Below, piece by piece: positions 29,839-39,771 of a DNA stretch of 61,631 bases. The first letter of the stretch is position 1, and each line of letters begins with the position of its first letter. This DNA comes from an uncultured Acidaminococcus sp. (GTDB taxonomy: Bacteria > Bacillota > Negativicutes > Acidaminococcales > Acidaminococcaceae), in the NCBI GenBank assembly GCA_902796945.1, contig CADBQR010000041.1, positions 1 through 61,631 of the forward strand, written 5' to 3'. The translations under genes were made by a program, and so were the position numbers. The notes under the pieces are model-generated. The model was not told the DNA's origin. It was given only the letters and a program-made list of their open reading frames with translations, and made no database searches.

Positions 29839-29870
29839 AAAGAGGACAGGAAAGACATCCCATCCTCTTT
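29839..29870 (-). terminator. Intrinsic terminator after hutI
   Basis: Minus strand AAAGAGGATGGGA...TCCTGTCCTCTTT followed by TTCTTT. Confidence 0.7.
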
Positions 29871-29881
29871 ACGGATTATGA

Positions 29882-31129
29882 TCAGCAGGCACTGTGGACC
29901 AGTTTGCCCTTTTTGATGACCTTTTCTACGATATTGACGCCGGTATGGTACGGCAGGAACTTATAGGAAGGATATTGCAGAATGACCAGATCCGCCTGCT
30001 TTCCCTCCTCAATGGTTCCGATCCGGTCCGCCCGGTCCACGGCGGCAGCACCATTCAGCGTAAGGGCTGTAATGGTCTCCTCCGCGCTCATATGCATGTA
30101 AATCACCGCCAGGCCAATCATAAGTGGTACCGAGAAGGTGAACCCACTGCCGGGATTGAAATCTGTGGCCAACGCCACGGCGCAGCCAGTGTCAATCATT
30201 TCCCGGGCCCGGGCAAACGGTTCCCGCAGACAGAAAGCCGTCGTAGGAAGAAGGGTCGAAACGACCCCATTTTCCGCCATTGCCCGGATACCGGCGTCAG
30301 AAGCATGAAGCAGGTGATCCGCGCTGGTGGCGTGAAGTTCAGCGGCCAGTTCACTTCCGCCCAGGGATACGATTTCATCCGCGTGGATTTTCAGCTTAAA
30401 TCCCATTTTCCGTGCTTCCGTCAGGAGATGACGGCTTTGTTCCACGGAAAAGACGCCCTTTTCACAAAAAACATCGCAGAATTCGGCAAGCCGTTCCCGT
30501 GCCACTGTCGGCATAACCTGGTGCAGCAGGAATTCAATGAACTCATCGCCCCGGCCCTCGTACTCAGGTGGTACGGCGTGGGCTCCCAAGAAGGTAGAAA
30601 CCAGTTCAATCGGCTGGGATTCATTCAGCTTCCGCGTCACGTGGAGCTGCTTGATTTCCGTATCTTCATCCTGACCATATCCACTTTTGGCTTCCACCGT
30701 TGTCAGGCCCATGGCGAGCATTTTTTTCAGGTGGTCCATGGCATGTCGGATCAGTTCTTCTTCCGAAGCGGCGCGGGTCGCCTTCATGGTGTTTACGATA
30801 CCTCCGCCCCGGTTCATGATATCCATATAGCTCATGCCGCCCATGCGCCACAGAAACTCATCAGGACGGTAACCACCGAATACCAGATGGGTATGGGAGT
30901 CGACAAATCCGGGAAGCACGGCTTTTCCCGCAGCATCAATCCGGCAGGATTCTGGAACACCCCGGCCTATTCTATCCACGTCCCCGATGGCGCTGATCTT
31001 ACCGTCCTCTACCAGAATGGACTGGTTTTCATAAACGGAAAGCTCGGCCATTTCCCTTCCGAAATGCGCTTTCTTTCCAAGGGGTGTCACAATTTGGGCC
31101 GCATTTTCAATCAATAAAGGTTGTGTCAT
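29882..31129 (-). CDS. hutI: Imidazolonepropionase
   Basis: PGFVDSHTH, EAKSGYG, GAH, HADE, DHL, ATDFNPGS. Start MTQPLL after AAGGAG. Confidence 0.95.
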   Translation of the reverse strand: MTQPLLIENAAQIVTPLGKKAHFGREMAELSVYENQSILVEDGKISAIGDVDRIGRGVPESCRIDAAGKAVLPGFVDSHTHLVFGGYRPDEFLWRMGGMSYMDIMNRGGGIVNTMKATRAASEEELIRHAMDHLKKMLAMGLTTVEAKSGYGQDEDTEIKQLHVTRKLNESQPIELVSTFLGAHAVPPEYEGRGDEFIEFLLHQVMPTVARERLAEFCDVFCEKGVFSVEQSRHLLTEARKMGFKLKIHADEIVSLGGSELAAELHATSADHLLHASDAGIRAMAENGVVSTLLPTTAFCLREPFARAREMIDTGCAVALATDFNPGSGFTFSVPLMIGLAVIYMHMSAEETITALTLNGAAAVDRADRIGTIEEGKQADLVILQYPSYKFLPYHTGVNIVEKVIKKGKLVHSAC

Positions 31130-31176
31130 GGCAAGGACTCCTTTTCCACGGCAGAAAGCCGCTTGTACAGGGGGGA

Positions 31177-31214
31177 TAAAGCGATTGCCGCCTTCACGGG
31201 CGGCAATCGCTTTA
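31177..31214. repeat. Perfect 16-bp intercistronic hairpin between hutU and hutI
   Basis: TAAAGCGATTGCCGCC-ttcacg-GGCGGCAATCGCTTTA. Confidence 0.85.
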
Positions 31215-31236
31215 CCAGGGTTGTGAAGTTCAGGCA

Positions 31237-33285
31237 TCAGTCTTTGATTACATGTGCCTTCGGATAGACTTTGGCGACTGCCTCTTTTACCATCTGATCA
31301 TCGGCCAGATACGGAATGGTCAAGTGTCCAATACCAGCACGGGTCGCGTTGTATTCAATGGCGGTTTCCATGGCATGTTCATTGCGCGCCCAGCTGCGGC
31401 GGGCAACACCGCTCATGACATCCCAGCTCAGGGCGCTGCGGATAATTTCATCGACCCGATGGCTGCCATCCAGGACCAGGCCAAAGCCACCGTTAATGGC
31501 CTTGCCGATACCGACGCCGCCGCCATTATGGAGTGCCACCAGGCTCATGCCTCTAGCCGCGTTGCCGGCGTAGGTCTGCACAGCCATATCGGCCATGACA
31601 TTGGAGCCATCTTTGATATTGGAAGTTTCACGGAACGGGGAATCCGTACCGGATACGTCGTGATGATCGCGACCCATCATGACCGGTCCGATTTCGCCCT
31701 TACGGACCAGTTCATTGAATTTCAGGGCAATATTGACCCGGCCGATTTCATCCTGATAGAGGATACGGGCCTGGGTACCGACAACGAGCTTGTTTTTCTC
31801 GGCATCCCGGATCCAGATATAGTTATCCCGGTCCTGATAACGGCGGTTCGGATCGATACAGCTCATGGCAGCCATATCCGTCTTATGCAGGTCCTCCGGC
31901 TTGCCGCTCAGGCATACCCAGCGGAACGGGCCATAGCCATAATCAAAAAGCTGCGGTCCCATGATATCTTCCACATAGGAAGGCCAGATGAATCCATCTT
32001 TATCATCCACGCCGTTTCTGGAAATTTCCTTGACGCCGGAATCAAAGACCGCCTTCATGAAGGAGTTGCCATAATCGAAGAAATATACCCCTTTGGAGGT
32101 AATCCGCTTCAATGCATTGAAGTGGGCGTGAAGGCTCTTATCAACCAATTCATGGAAATGTTTCGGATCTTCTGCCAGCATCCGGGTCCGTTCCTCAAAC
32201 GTCAGTCCCTGTGGGCAATATCCGCCGTTATAGGCGTTGTGGCAGGAGGTCTGATCGGACACCAGGTCCACATGGATATCGTGGTCGGCAATGTATTCCA
32301 GCAGGTCTACGATGTTGCCATGGTAGGCATAGGCTTTGCCTTCCTTCCTGGCCATGGCGTCCTGGGCCAGTTTGATGACTTCCGGGATGGAATCCGATTC
32401 GCCGGAAATCCAACCCTGATCCAGGCGGGTCTTGATGCGGGATTCGTCCACTTCCGCTATGATTGCCGCACAATTGGCAATGATGGCAGCCTTGCCCTGG
32501 GCACCGCTCATACCGCCCAGGCCGGATGTTACAAACAGCTTGCCACCCAGATCGCCGTCTTCAGGAATTCCCAGCTTCATTCGGCCGGCATTCAGGATCG
32601 TGTTGAAGGTACCATGGACAATTCCCTGCGGCCCGATATACATCCAGCCGCCGGCCGTCATCTGGCCATAGTTGGCAACGCCCATCTCTTCCGCGATTTC
32701 CCAATCCCTCTGGTTATCATATTCGCCGACCATGATTCCATTCGTGATAATGACCCTTGGCGCTTCCGGCTTGGAACGGAACAACCCTACGGGATGTCCG
32801 GATTCCATGACGAGGGTCTGATCCGGCGTCATCTCTTCCAGATACCGTTTGATCAGCAAATACTGCATCCAATCGTGGCAGACGGAACCGGTTTCTCCAT
32901 AGGTCACCAGTTCATAGGGATACAGGGCCACTTCAAAATCCAGGTTATTATCAATCATGACCTGGAAAGCCTTCCCTTCCGTGCATTTCCCTTTGTATTC
33001 GTCAATCGGTTTGCCATAGATACGGCCTTCCGGGCGGAAACGATACCCATAGATGCGGCCGCGGGTAGTCAGTTCTTCCAGGAATTCAGGAATCAGTTCC
33101 GCGTGGAACTCTTCCGGAATGTAGCGCAGGGCATTTTTCAACGCCAGCTCGGTCTGTGCCGGGGTCAGGCGGAAGCCACGATCCGGGGCCCGCCGGATTC
33201 CCTCAACGAACTTTTTCTTTGGAGGCAGTCCGTCAGGAAATTCCAATTTAATTGTCATCGCCTTTGCAATGTCAGCATTTTTCAT
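31237..33285 (-). CDS. hutU: Urocanate hydratase (long form)
   Basis: 682 aa; GQMTAGGWMYIGPQGIVHGT, GLGGMSGAQ, DQTSCH, GRDHHD, HNGGGVG. Confidence 0.96.
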   Translation of the reverse strand: MKNADIAKAMTIKLEFPDGLPPKKKFVEGIRRAPDRGFRLTPAQTELALKNALRYIPEEFHAELIPEFLEELTTRGRIYGYRFRPEGRIYGKPIDEYKGKCTEGKAFQVMIDNNLDFEVALYPYELVTYGETGSVCHDWMQYLLIKRYLEEMTPDQTLVMESGHPVGLFRSKPEAPRVIITNGIMVGEYDNQRDWEIAEEMGVANYGQMTAGGWMYIGPQGIVHGTFNTILNAGRMKLGIPEDGDLGGKLFVTSGLGGMSGAQGKAAIIANCAAIIAEVDESRIKTRLDQGWISGESDSIPEVIKLAQDAMARKEGKAYAYHGNIVDLLEYIADHDIHVDLVSDQTSCHNAYNGGYCPQGLTFEERTRMLAEDPKHFHELVDKSLHAHFNALKRITSKGVYFFDYGNSFMKAVFDSGVKEISRNGVDDKDGFIWPSYVEDIMGPQLFDYGYGPFRWVCLSGKPEDLHKTDMAAMSCIDPNRRYQDRDNYIWIRDAEKNKLVVGTQARILYQDEIGRVNIALKFNELVRKGEIGPVMMGRDHHDVSGTDSPFRETSNIKDGSNVMADMAVQTYAGNAARGMSLVALHNGGGVGIGKAINGGFGLVLDGSHRVDEIIRSALSWDVMSGVARRSWARNEHAMETAIEYNATRAGIGHLTIPYLADDQMVKEAVAKVYPKAHVIKD

Positions 33286-33358
33286 AGGTCAAGCACTCCT
33301 TTTGCAGAATAAGTATGAAGGAACGGAAAACCATCTTCTCCATTGGATTTACACCATG

Positions 33359-33388
33359 ATTTTATCGATTCATCATCTGAAAAACGTC
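33359..33388 (-). promoter_or_regulatory. hut box plus -10 (hutU-hutI promoter)
   Basis: Minus strand GACGTTTTTCAG-12 nt-TAAAAT. Confidence 0.8.
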
Positions 33389-33526
33389 GAATGAAAACCG
33401 TATTTCAGTCATTTTCTCCTTCCGTAACCAGGCCGTCCTTCAGGAAAGCGTCGAAAAAACGGTCGGTTCCGTCCGAAAATCCGTCGATTCTCCCGTTTTG
33501 CTTCCCGTTCCATCGATCATGGTGGA

Positions 33527-33567
33527 AATACGGTGCCAACACAGTCCCGCTGCGAAAGCACCGTATT
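33527..33567 (-). terminator. Hairpin / probable terminator after hutH
   Basis: AATACGGTGC ... GCACCGTATT inverted repeat with an inner stem; short U tract. Confidence 0.55.
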
Positions 33568-33594
33568 CCCGTATTGTCGGTTCCGGAAAGGATA

Positions 33595-35157
33595 TCAGAA
33601 GAATCTTAAATCAACTTTTTCCTCAACCGCTTCCAGGACATCGCCATTCCTGACGACATTTGTAATTTTTTCCAGTTCCTTGAACATCTCGATATCTTTA
33701 TCGTAGGCAATGAATTGATTGCTCCTGCGGACCGCGTCATAAGCGGCCTGGGTCCCATCACCGAGCCTGAAGCCTTCGCCCTTGCGCAGGTCTATGGCCT
33801 GGCAGGCAGCGAGGAGTTCCGTTGCGATTACACGACGCACATTGTAGCAGATTTCCCCTGCTTTCCGGGCCGCCGTCGCACCCATGGAAACGAGGTCCTC
33901 CTGATTTTCACAGCTGGGAATTGAATCAACCGACGCCGGATGCGCCAGCACCTTGTTTTCACTGACAAGGGCAGCTGCTGCATATTGGGTAATCATGAAA
34001 CCGGAGTTCAAGCCGGGATGCGCAACCAGGAAGGACGGGAATCCACTGAGGGAATTGTTGATGGTCCGTTCCAGGCGGCGTTCAGAAACATTGGCAATTT
34101 CAGAAAGGCCGATGCCCAGGAAATCAAAGGGCAATGCCATCGGCTCACCATGGAAGTTTCCGCCGGAAATGACCGCTCCGTCAGGCAGGACAATCGGGTT
34201 ATCCGTAGCGGAATTGATTTCGATGTCAACCTTTTCCTTGACAAATCCCAAAGCATCCTTGCTGGCGCCGTGGATCTGGGGAACACAGCGCAGGGAATAC
34301 GGATCCTGGACCTTCAGTTCGCCCTGGTGTGTCACATAGGTACTGTTTTTTGTCAGGTTTCGGATATTGTAGGCCGTATCAAGTTGTCCACGATGCGGAC
34401 GAATCGTATGGAGCCTTTCATCAAATGCGTCAATGATGCCGCGGTTGGCTTCCAGCGTAAGGGCGGCTGCAATATCACTTTGCTTCAGGAGCAGCATGCC
34501 ATCCCACAGGGCAAACGTACCCATCGCGGTCAGGATGGGGGTCCCGTTGATAAGAGCCAGGCCTTCCTTGGCTACCAGTCTGATTGTCGGGATCCCGGCC
34601 CTGTCCATGGCTTCCCTGCCACTCATGAGCTGACCGTTATATTCGGCGTCGCCGAGGCCCAGCATGGGCAGGACCATATGAGCAAGCGGTGCCAGGTCTC
34701 CGGAAGCTCCCAGGGACCCTTTTTCCGGAATATAGGGATGAACGCCTTTATTGATCATTTCGACAAGGGTATTCAGGGTTTCCAGACGGATTCCGGAATA
34801 TCCCTTGACCAGCGCGTTGGCACGGATCAGCATGGCAGCACGGGTTACTTCCCGGGACAATGGATTGCCATACCCGCAGGAATGGGTACGGATCAGGTTT
34901 TCCTGCAGCTGGCTGCAATCCTCCTTGGAAATGGAAACACGGCACAGGGAGCCAAAACCAGTTGTCACACCGTAGACGACACGTTCATTTTCCACAATGT
35001 CATCAATCAGCGCACGGGACGCCTTGATTCGGGCAACCGCGTCGGTATCCACCCTGATTTTTGCATCATAGCGACTGACGGCTACCAGTTCTTCCAGGCT
35101 CAGGTCGTTACCGGTCAGAACAACCTCCTTGATATTCCTGACGTCTTTCAACAGCAT
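33595..35157 (-). CDS. hutH: Histidine ammonia-lyase
   Basis: YGVTTGFG, MIO-forming GSLGASGDLAPL, KEGLALING, QDPYSLRC, NQED. Start MLLK 9 nt after GAGGAGG. Confidence 0.96.
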   Translation of the reverse strand: MLLKDVRNIKEVVLTGNDLSLEELVAVSRYDAKIRVDTDAVARIKASRALIDDIVENERVVYGVTTGFGSLCRVSISKEDCSQLQENLIRTHSCGYGNPLSREVTRAAMLIRANALVKGYSGIRLETLNTLVEMINKGVHPYIPEKGSLGASGDLAPLAHMVLPMLGLGDAEYNGQLMSGREAMDRAGIPTIRLVAKEGLALINGTPILTAMGTFALWDGMLLLKQSDIAAALTLEANRGIIDAFDERLHTIRPHRGQLDTAYNIRNLTKNSTYVTHQGELKVQDPYSLRCVPQIHGASKDALGFVKEKVDIEINSATDNPIVLPDGAVISGGNFHGEPMALPFDFLGIGLSEIANVSERRLERTINNSLSGFPSFLVAHPGLNSGFMITQYAAAALVSENKVLAHPASVDSIPSCENQEDLVSMGATAARKAGEICYNVRRVIATELLAACQAIDLRKGEGFRLGDGTQAAYDAVRRSNQFIAYDKDIEMFKELEKITNVVRNGDVLEAVEEKVDLRFF

Positions 35158-35272
35158 GTTCGTCATCCTCCTCACAGACTTACAAGTTACAGGGAACAGT
35201 GCAGGGATCAAACAAAAATTTTTCAAAGGAAGCGGCCGCCTTTTTGGCAGGTAAAGGCAGCCATCCGATAAA

Positions 35273-36586
35273 TTACCCCAGGATCAGGGCACCGATGATG
35301 CCGCCGATGAACAAGGTAATATCATAAAAGATAAAGGTGGGTACACAGGTATCCCAGATATGGTTATGCTGCCCGTCGGCATTCAGGCCGGACGTCGGCC
35401 CCAATGTGGAATCGGAGGCAGGAGAACCGGCATCGCCCAAAGCGGCGGCAATACCGATCAACAGGATAATGGACCCAGTCGAGAAGCCCAGTTTATAACC
35501 CATGGGAATGTAAATAGAGGCAACAACGGGAATGGTTCCGAAGGAAGTCCCGATTCCCATCGTGATCAAAAGACCAACGGCCAACATGATAAACGCGCCG
35601 CTGAATTTCGTATTGATAATGGAAGTCGTCGCATTGACCAGGGCTTCAACCGAATGGGTTTCCCGAAGCACCTGGGCGTAGCCAGCCGCTACAAGCATGA
35701 CAAAGGCAATGAAGCCCATCATTTGAACACCGCCATCAACGTATTGGTCGACGTCCTTCCACTTGATGCCACCGGTCAGGATCATGACCAAAAGACCACT
35801 GGCGGCACCTATTGGCAGGGATTCAAAATATAACTGTCCAACAAAGGCGACCACCGCTGCAAAAAGGGCTTTCCAGCAGGCAGCCGTCATTTTCGGTTCC
35901 CCCACCGCCGTTTCATCGGAGACGCCAGTAATAGGGAGGTCCTTATATTCGCGGTCATGGGCACAGTACAGCAATATGGCCAGGACCAGGCCGACCAGCA
36001 TGGAAGCGCCGCCGATCCACATAACAGCAGAAATGTCACTGATTCCGACATTGACCTTGTTGGCTACCATCTGATCCTTGATGATCGTCATGAACAGCAG
36101 CCCAAATCCAACCGGCAGGGACACATAAGGCGCCTTCAGGCCAAAAGTCAGGGCACAGGCAACGGCCCGGCGGTCCAGTTTCATTTTATTCATGACATGG
36201 AGCAAAGGCGGAATTAAAATAGGAATGAATGCAATATGAACCGGGATCAGGTTCTGGGAAAAACAGGAGAAGAATGCAATGGTGAAACAGAAAAGGGCTT
36301 TTTTAGTACCTACGGTTTTGGCAATCTTACGGGCTGCAATATCAGCCACTCCGGAACGACCAATTGCGACAGCCAGGATTCCAAGAAGGATATAGCTCAA
36401 TGCCGTTTCCGAATTCCCTCCCATACCGGTAATCAGGGTACTGAAGGTCTTGGCAAGATCCATGCCCCCGGTCAGTCCGGCAACAACAGCGGATACAAGG
36501 ATTGCCAGCAGGACATTCATTTTGGCCAGGCATAAGGCAGACATAACAATAACGGATATTACGATTGGGTTGGTCAAAATCTCCAT
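35273..36586 (-). CDS. NhaC-like/YuiF-family permease, probable histidine transporter
   Basis: SQNLIPVHIAFIPILIPP, MGIGTSFGT, GDAGSPASDSTLGPT, DGQHNHIWDTC; co-transcribed with hutH. Confidence 0.8.
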   Translation of the reverse strand: MEILTNPIVISVIVMSALCLAKMNVLLAILVSAVVAGLTGGMDLAKTFSTLITGMGGNSETALSYILLGILAVAIGRSGVADIAARKIAKTVGTKKALFCFTIAFFSCFSQNLIPVHIAFIPILIPPLLHVMNKMKLDRRAVACALTFGLKAPYVSLPVGFGLLFMTIIKDQMVANKVNVGISDISAVMWIGGASMLVGLVLAILLYCAHDREYKDLPITGVSDETAVGEPKMTAACWKALFAAVVAFVGQLYFESLPIGAASGLLVMILTGGIKWKDVDQYVDGGVQMMGFIAFVMLVAAGYAQVLRETHSVEALVNATTSIINTKFSGAFIMLAVGLLITMGIGTSFGTIPVVASIYIPMGYKLGFSTGSIILLIGIAAALGDAGSPASDSTLGPTSGLNADGQHNHIWDTCVPTFIFYDITLFIGGIIGALILG

Positions 36587-36679
36587 GAAAAAATCTCAAC
36601 TCCTTTTTCAATTGATTACTCCGAAATCTTACGAATCATCAGGAAGCCGCCTGCCCGGTCTTCCTTTATCTACGGCCTC

Positions 36680-36709
36680 ATTGTAAAGAAAAGCTGACTG
36701 AAAAACGTC
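36680..36709 (-). promoter_or_regulatory. hut box plus -10 (permease-hutH promoter)
   Basis: Minus strand GACGTTTTTCAG-12 nt-TACAAT. Confidence 0.8.
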
Positions 36710-37211
36710 AAAATCCCTGTTGTTATCAGTTTTTCGCATTTTATGAACATCTTTTTTCTTTTGACGAAAGACAGCAATATACCCTGCTAAAGCATAAGGT
36801 TCAGTAAAAGGCTTGATTTTACGCGTTTTACAGTGAGTCCAGCAAAAAAAACATGTTAAAAAAACATACGATCTTCTTTTCTGATTCCGAATGATAAAAA
36901 TTAAATAAGTTTTATCATTTTTATCATATCGAATGATAAATTACACTTTTTGTTTAGTTCCACACTATATTCCCGTTCCTGTTCCTTCATAACGAGTCGT
37001 TTTTTTCTCTCGATTAAGGAATTACAAGCCCCTGCTTCGCCACCAGGAAAAAACGGTTGCCCTTGATTCAGGAAAGGGAAGAAACCGGCAATGACAGGCT
37101 ATCCCGTCCAGATACCCCATGAGTCCTGTAAAGCAGGGCTTTTTCTTTGGAAAAAGAATTCCTTTGCCCACAAAACAGGATATCATGCCATCGGACAGAA
37201 GAAGAACATCA

Positions 37212-37244
37212 AAAAAGAGGGTCCGGTCAAAGGACCCCCTTTTT
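37212..37244. terminator. Terminator after the cyclodeaminase gene (possibly bidirectional)
   Basis: AAAAAGAGGGTCC-ggtcaaa-GGACCCCCTTTTT. Confidence 0.7.
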
Positions 37245-37255
37245 CAACGAATCCA

Positions 37256-37876
37256 TCAGAGTTTTACTTTTCCAAGCAGCGCCTGTTCCCGGGCATCCAC
37301 CGTTTTTTCAATGGCCGCCATTTTTTCTGTCAGATCTGCCACAAAGGCTGCATCCTTGATGCTGCTCAGGTTAATCTTGACGTTCAGGAACGCGCCGCGC
37401 ACTGCGGCCCTGGCATTCATGGAAGCTACCGCGCCATCGGTTACTGCATTGGCATTGCCGCGGCAGATCACAATATCCGCCAGCTCCAGCAGACGGTTTG
37501 CCGTTTCGCCGACTTTAAAGGGCACCAACGCAGCTCCTTTGGTCGCTTCCTGAATGGCTTCATGACGCACAGCCTTTTCTTCATCGGTTCCTTTTGGCAT
37601 CTTAAAGGCGGCCATGATTTTATTGAAGGCATTGCTATCCTCATCAATCAGGGCCAGGAATTCATTTTTCAGGGACGCCGCCTTGGCAGCGACTTCCTTC
37701 ATTTCCGGTTCCGCAGAGGCGTATTTTTCCTTGCCGATGGTTAAATGGGCCACCATCTCAATCAAGGCCGCAGCAGAAGCAGCGTTCAGGGCAGCAATGC
37801 TGCCGCCACCCGGAGCGGGGGAAGAAGAACTGGTTTCCTGAATGAATGCTTCCACTGTCATTTTCTTTAATTCCAT
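37256..37876 (-). CDS. Formiminotetrahydrofolate cyclodeaminase / methenyl-THF cyclohydrolase family (FTCD_C)
   Basis: SSSPAPGGGSIAA, DEDSNAF, GNANAVTD, NVKINL. Start MELKK. Confidence 0.88.
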   Translation of the reverse strand: MELKKMTVEAFIQETSSSSPAPGGGSIAALNAASAAALIEMVAHLTIGKEKYASAEPEMKEVAAKAASLKNEFLALIDEDSNAFNKIMAAFKMPKGTDEEKAVRHEAIQEATKGAALVPFKVGETANRLLELADIVICRGNANAVTDGAVASMNARAAVRGAFLNVKINLSSIKDAAFVADLTEKMAAIEKTVDAREQALLGKVKL

Positions 37877-37962
37877 AGGGTATCCCTCGTTTCTACAATG
37901 ATCTACCATCCAATTCCCATAAAAGAAGGGCTGCTACAGGATTGTGCAACAGCCCCTATGAA

Positions 37963-39633
37963 TCAGAACAAACCGGTAATCTTACCGTTGGCGTCAATAT
38001 CCATGTTCAAGGCAGCCGGTTTCTTCGGCAGGCCGGGCATGACCATGATATTGCTTGTCTGACAGACGATGAATCCAGCGCCATTGGACACACGGACATC
38101 CTGCACCGTAATCCGGAAGTTCTTCGGAGCCCCCAGGAGTGCCGGATTGTCACTCAGGGAATACTGGGTTTTGGCTACACACACGGGCAGCTTGTCCAGT
38201 CCCCAGTCTTCCAACTGCTTGATTTGCTTTTTGGCATTCGGCGTAAAGTCAACACCGTCACCACCATAAATCTTGGTACAGATGGCCTCCAGTTTATGAG
38301 GAATCGTATCCTTCACATCATACAGTTCCACTTTCTTGGAATGGTCCTTTTCCAGCAATTCCACCAGCTTATGGGCCATGTCAATACCGCCTTCGCCGCC
38401 TTTTTCCCAGCATTCGTTGAGGGTGACTTCGACTCCATAGCTTTCACATTTCTTGAGGAGCATGTCCACTTCCGCCGGCGTATCGCTGGCAAATTTATTG
38501 ATGGCAACAAGGACGGGCAGACCAAAGCTGCGCATATTCTCGACCTGTTTAGCCAGGTTGGAGAAGCCATCACTGACAGCCTGGACATTTTCCTGATTCA
38601 GGTCGGTTTTCTTGACGCCGCCATGCATCTTAAGGGCACGAATGGTGGCAACGACAACCACCGCGTTCGGATAGAAACCGCCATAATGGCATTTGATGTC
38701 CATGAATTTTTCAGCACCCAGGTCAGCACCGAAGCCGGCTTCCGTAACAGTAATATCGCCGAGTTTCAAGGCCATCTTCGTTGCCAGCAGCGAATTGCAG
38801 CCATGGGCAATATTGGCGAAAGGCCCGCCATGAATGATTGCCGGCGTATGTTCCAGGGTCTGGACCAGGTTCGGTTTGATGGCATCCTTCATGAGAAGGG
38901 CCATGGCTCCTTCGCAGCCCAATTGATGGACATAGACAGGGTTCCCATCCAGATCGCAGCCGATGACAATCCGACCGAAACGTTCCTTCAGGTCCTGCAG
39001 GTCCTTGGCCAGGCAAAGGATTGCCATGATTTCCGAAGCAACCGTGATCATGAATCCATCCTGACGGGGGAAACCGCAGACTTTGCCGCCTAACCCGACA
39101 ACCACATTGCGGAGGGCACGGTCGTTCATATCCATCACGCGGCGCCAGGTAACCTGCCGGGAATCAATACGCAGGGCATTGCCCTGATGGATATGGTTAT
39201 CAATCATCGCCGACAACAGGTTGTTGGCAGCGGTAATGGCATGCATATCGCCGGTGAAATGGAGATTGATGTCATCCATCGGCACAACCTGTGCATATCC
39301 GCCGCCGGCAGCGCCTCCCTTGATACCAAAAACAGGACCCAGGGAAGGTTCACGCAGGGCAACGACCGCTTTTTTGCCAATCTTGTTCAAAGCCTGGACC
39401 AGACCAATACTGGTGGTCGATTTGCCTTCGCCCGCCGGAGTCGGGGTAATGGCGGTAACCAGGACCAGTTTGCCATTTGGTTTCTTTTCCAGACGTTTCA
39501 GGAGTTCCAGGGAAATCTTTGCCTTATAATGACCGTATTGTTCCAGTTCTTCCGGCAAAATATCCAATTGTTCGGCAATCTTGCCGATGGGTTCCATTAC
39601 GTTCTTTTGAGCAATCTCAATATCGCTTAACAC
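37963..39633 (-). CDS. fhs: Formate--tetrahydrofolate ligase
   Basis: [48 protein letters not shown]. Confidence 0.97.
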   Translation of the reverse strand: MLSDIEIAQKNVMEPIGKIAEQLDILPEELEQYGHYKAKISLELLKRLEKKPNGKLVLVTAITPTPAGEGKSTTSIGLVQALNKIGKKAVVALREPSLGPVFGIKGGAAGGGYAQVVPMDDINLHFTGDMHAITAANNLLSAMIDNHIHQGNALRIDSRQVTWRRVMDMNDRALRNVVVGLGGKVCGFPRQDGFMITVASEIMAILCLAKDLQDLKERFGRIVIGCDLDGNPVYVHQLGCEGAMALLMKDAIKPNLVQTLEHTPAIIHGGPFANIAHGCNSLLATKMALKLGDITVTEAGFGADLGAEKFMDIKCHYGGFYPNAVVVVATIRALKMHGGVKKTDLNQENVQAVSDGFSNLAKQVENMRSFGLPVLVAINKFASDTPAEVDMLLKKCESYGVEVTLNECWEKGGEGGIDMAHKLVELLEKDHSKKVELYDVKDTIPHKLEAICTKIYGGDGVDFTPNAKKQIKQLEDWGLDKLPVCVAKTQYSLSDNPALLGAPKNFRITVQDVRVSNGAGFIVCQTSNIMVMPGLPKKPAALNMDIDANGKITGLF

Positions 39634-39771
39634 GCGCAGTTCCTCCTTGCCTAAAGGCCTATGATCTCAGGAAGCCGAGCAGGGCCGATTGGCCAGCCTT
39701 CTGTCAGTTTTTTGCAGCCGCTGGAGGCAGCCCTCCGCCCTGCTCCCAGATCCATTTATTTGAAACAGTCC

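Noticed and set aside
31130-31237. N-terminal extension of HutI starting at the hutU stop
   Set aside because: It runs through a perfect intercistronic hairpin; the better SD (AAGGAG) precedes ATG 31129.
39634-39771. THF or ZTP riboswitch upstream of fhs
   Set aside because: The conserved signature sequences of these riboswitches were not seen; recorded only as an unexplained hairpin.
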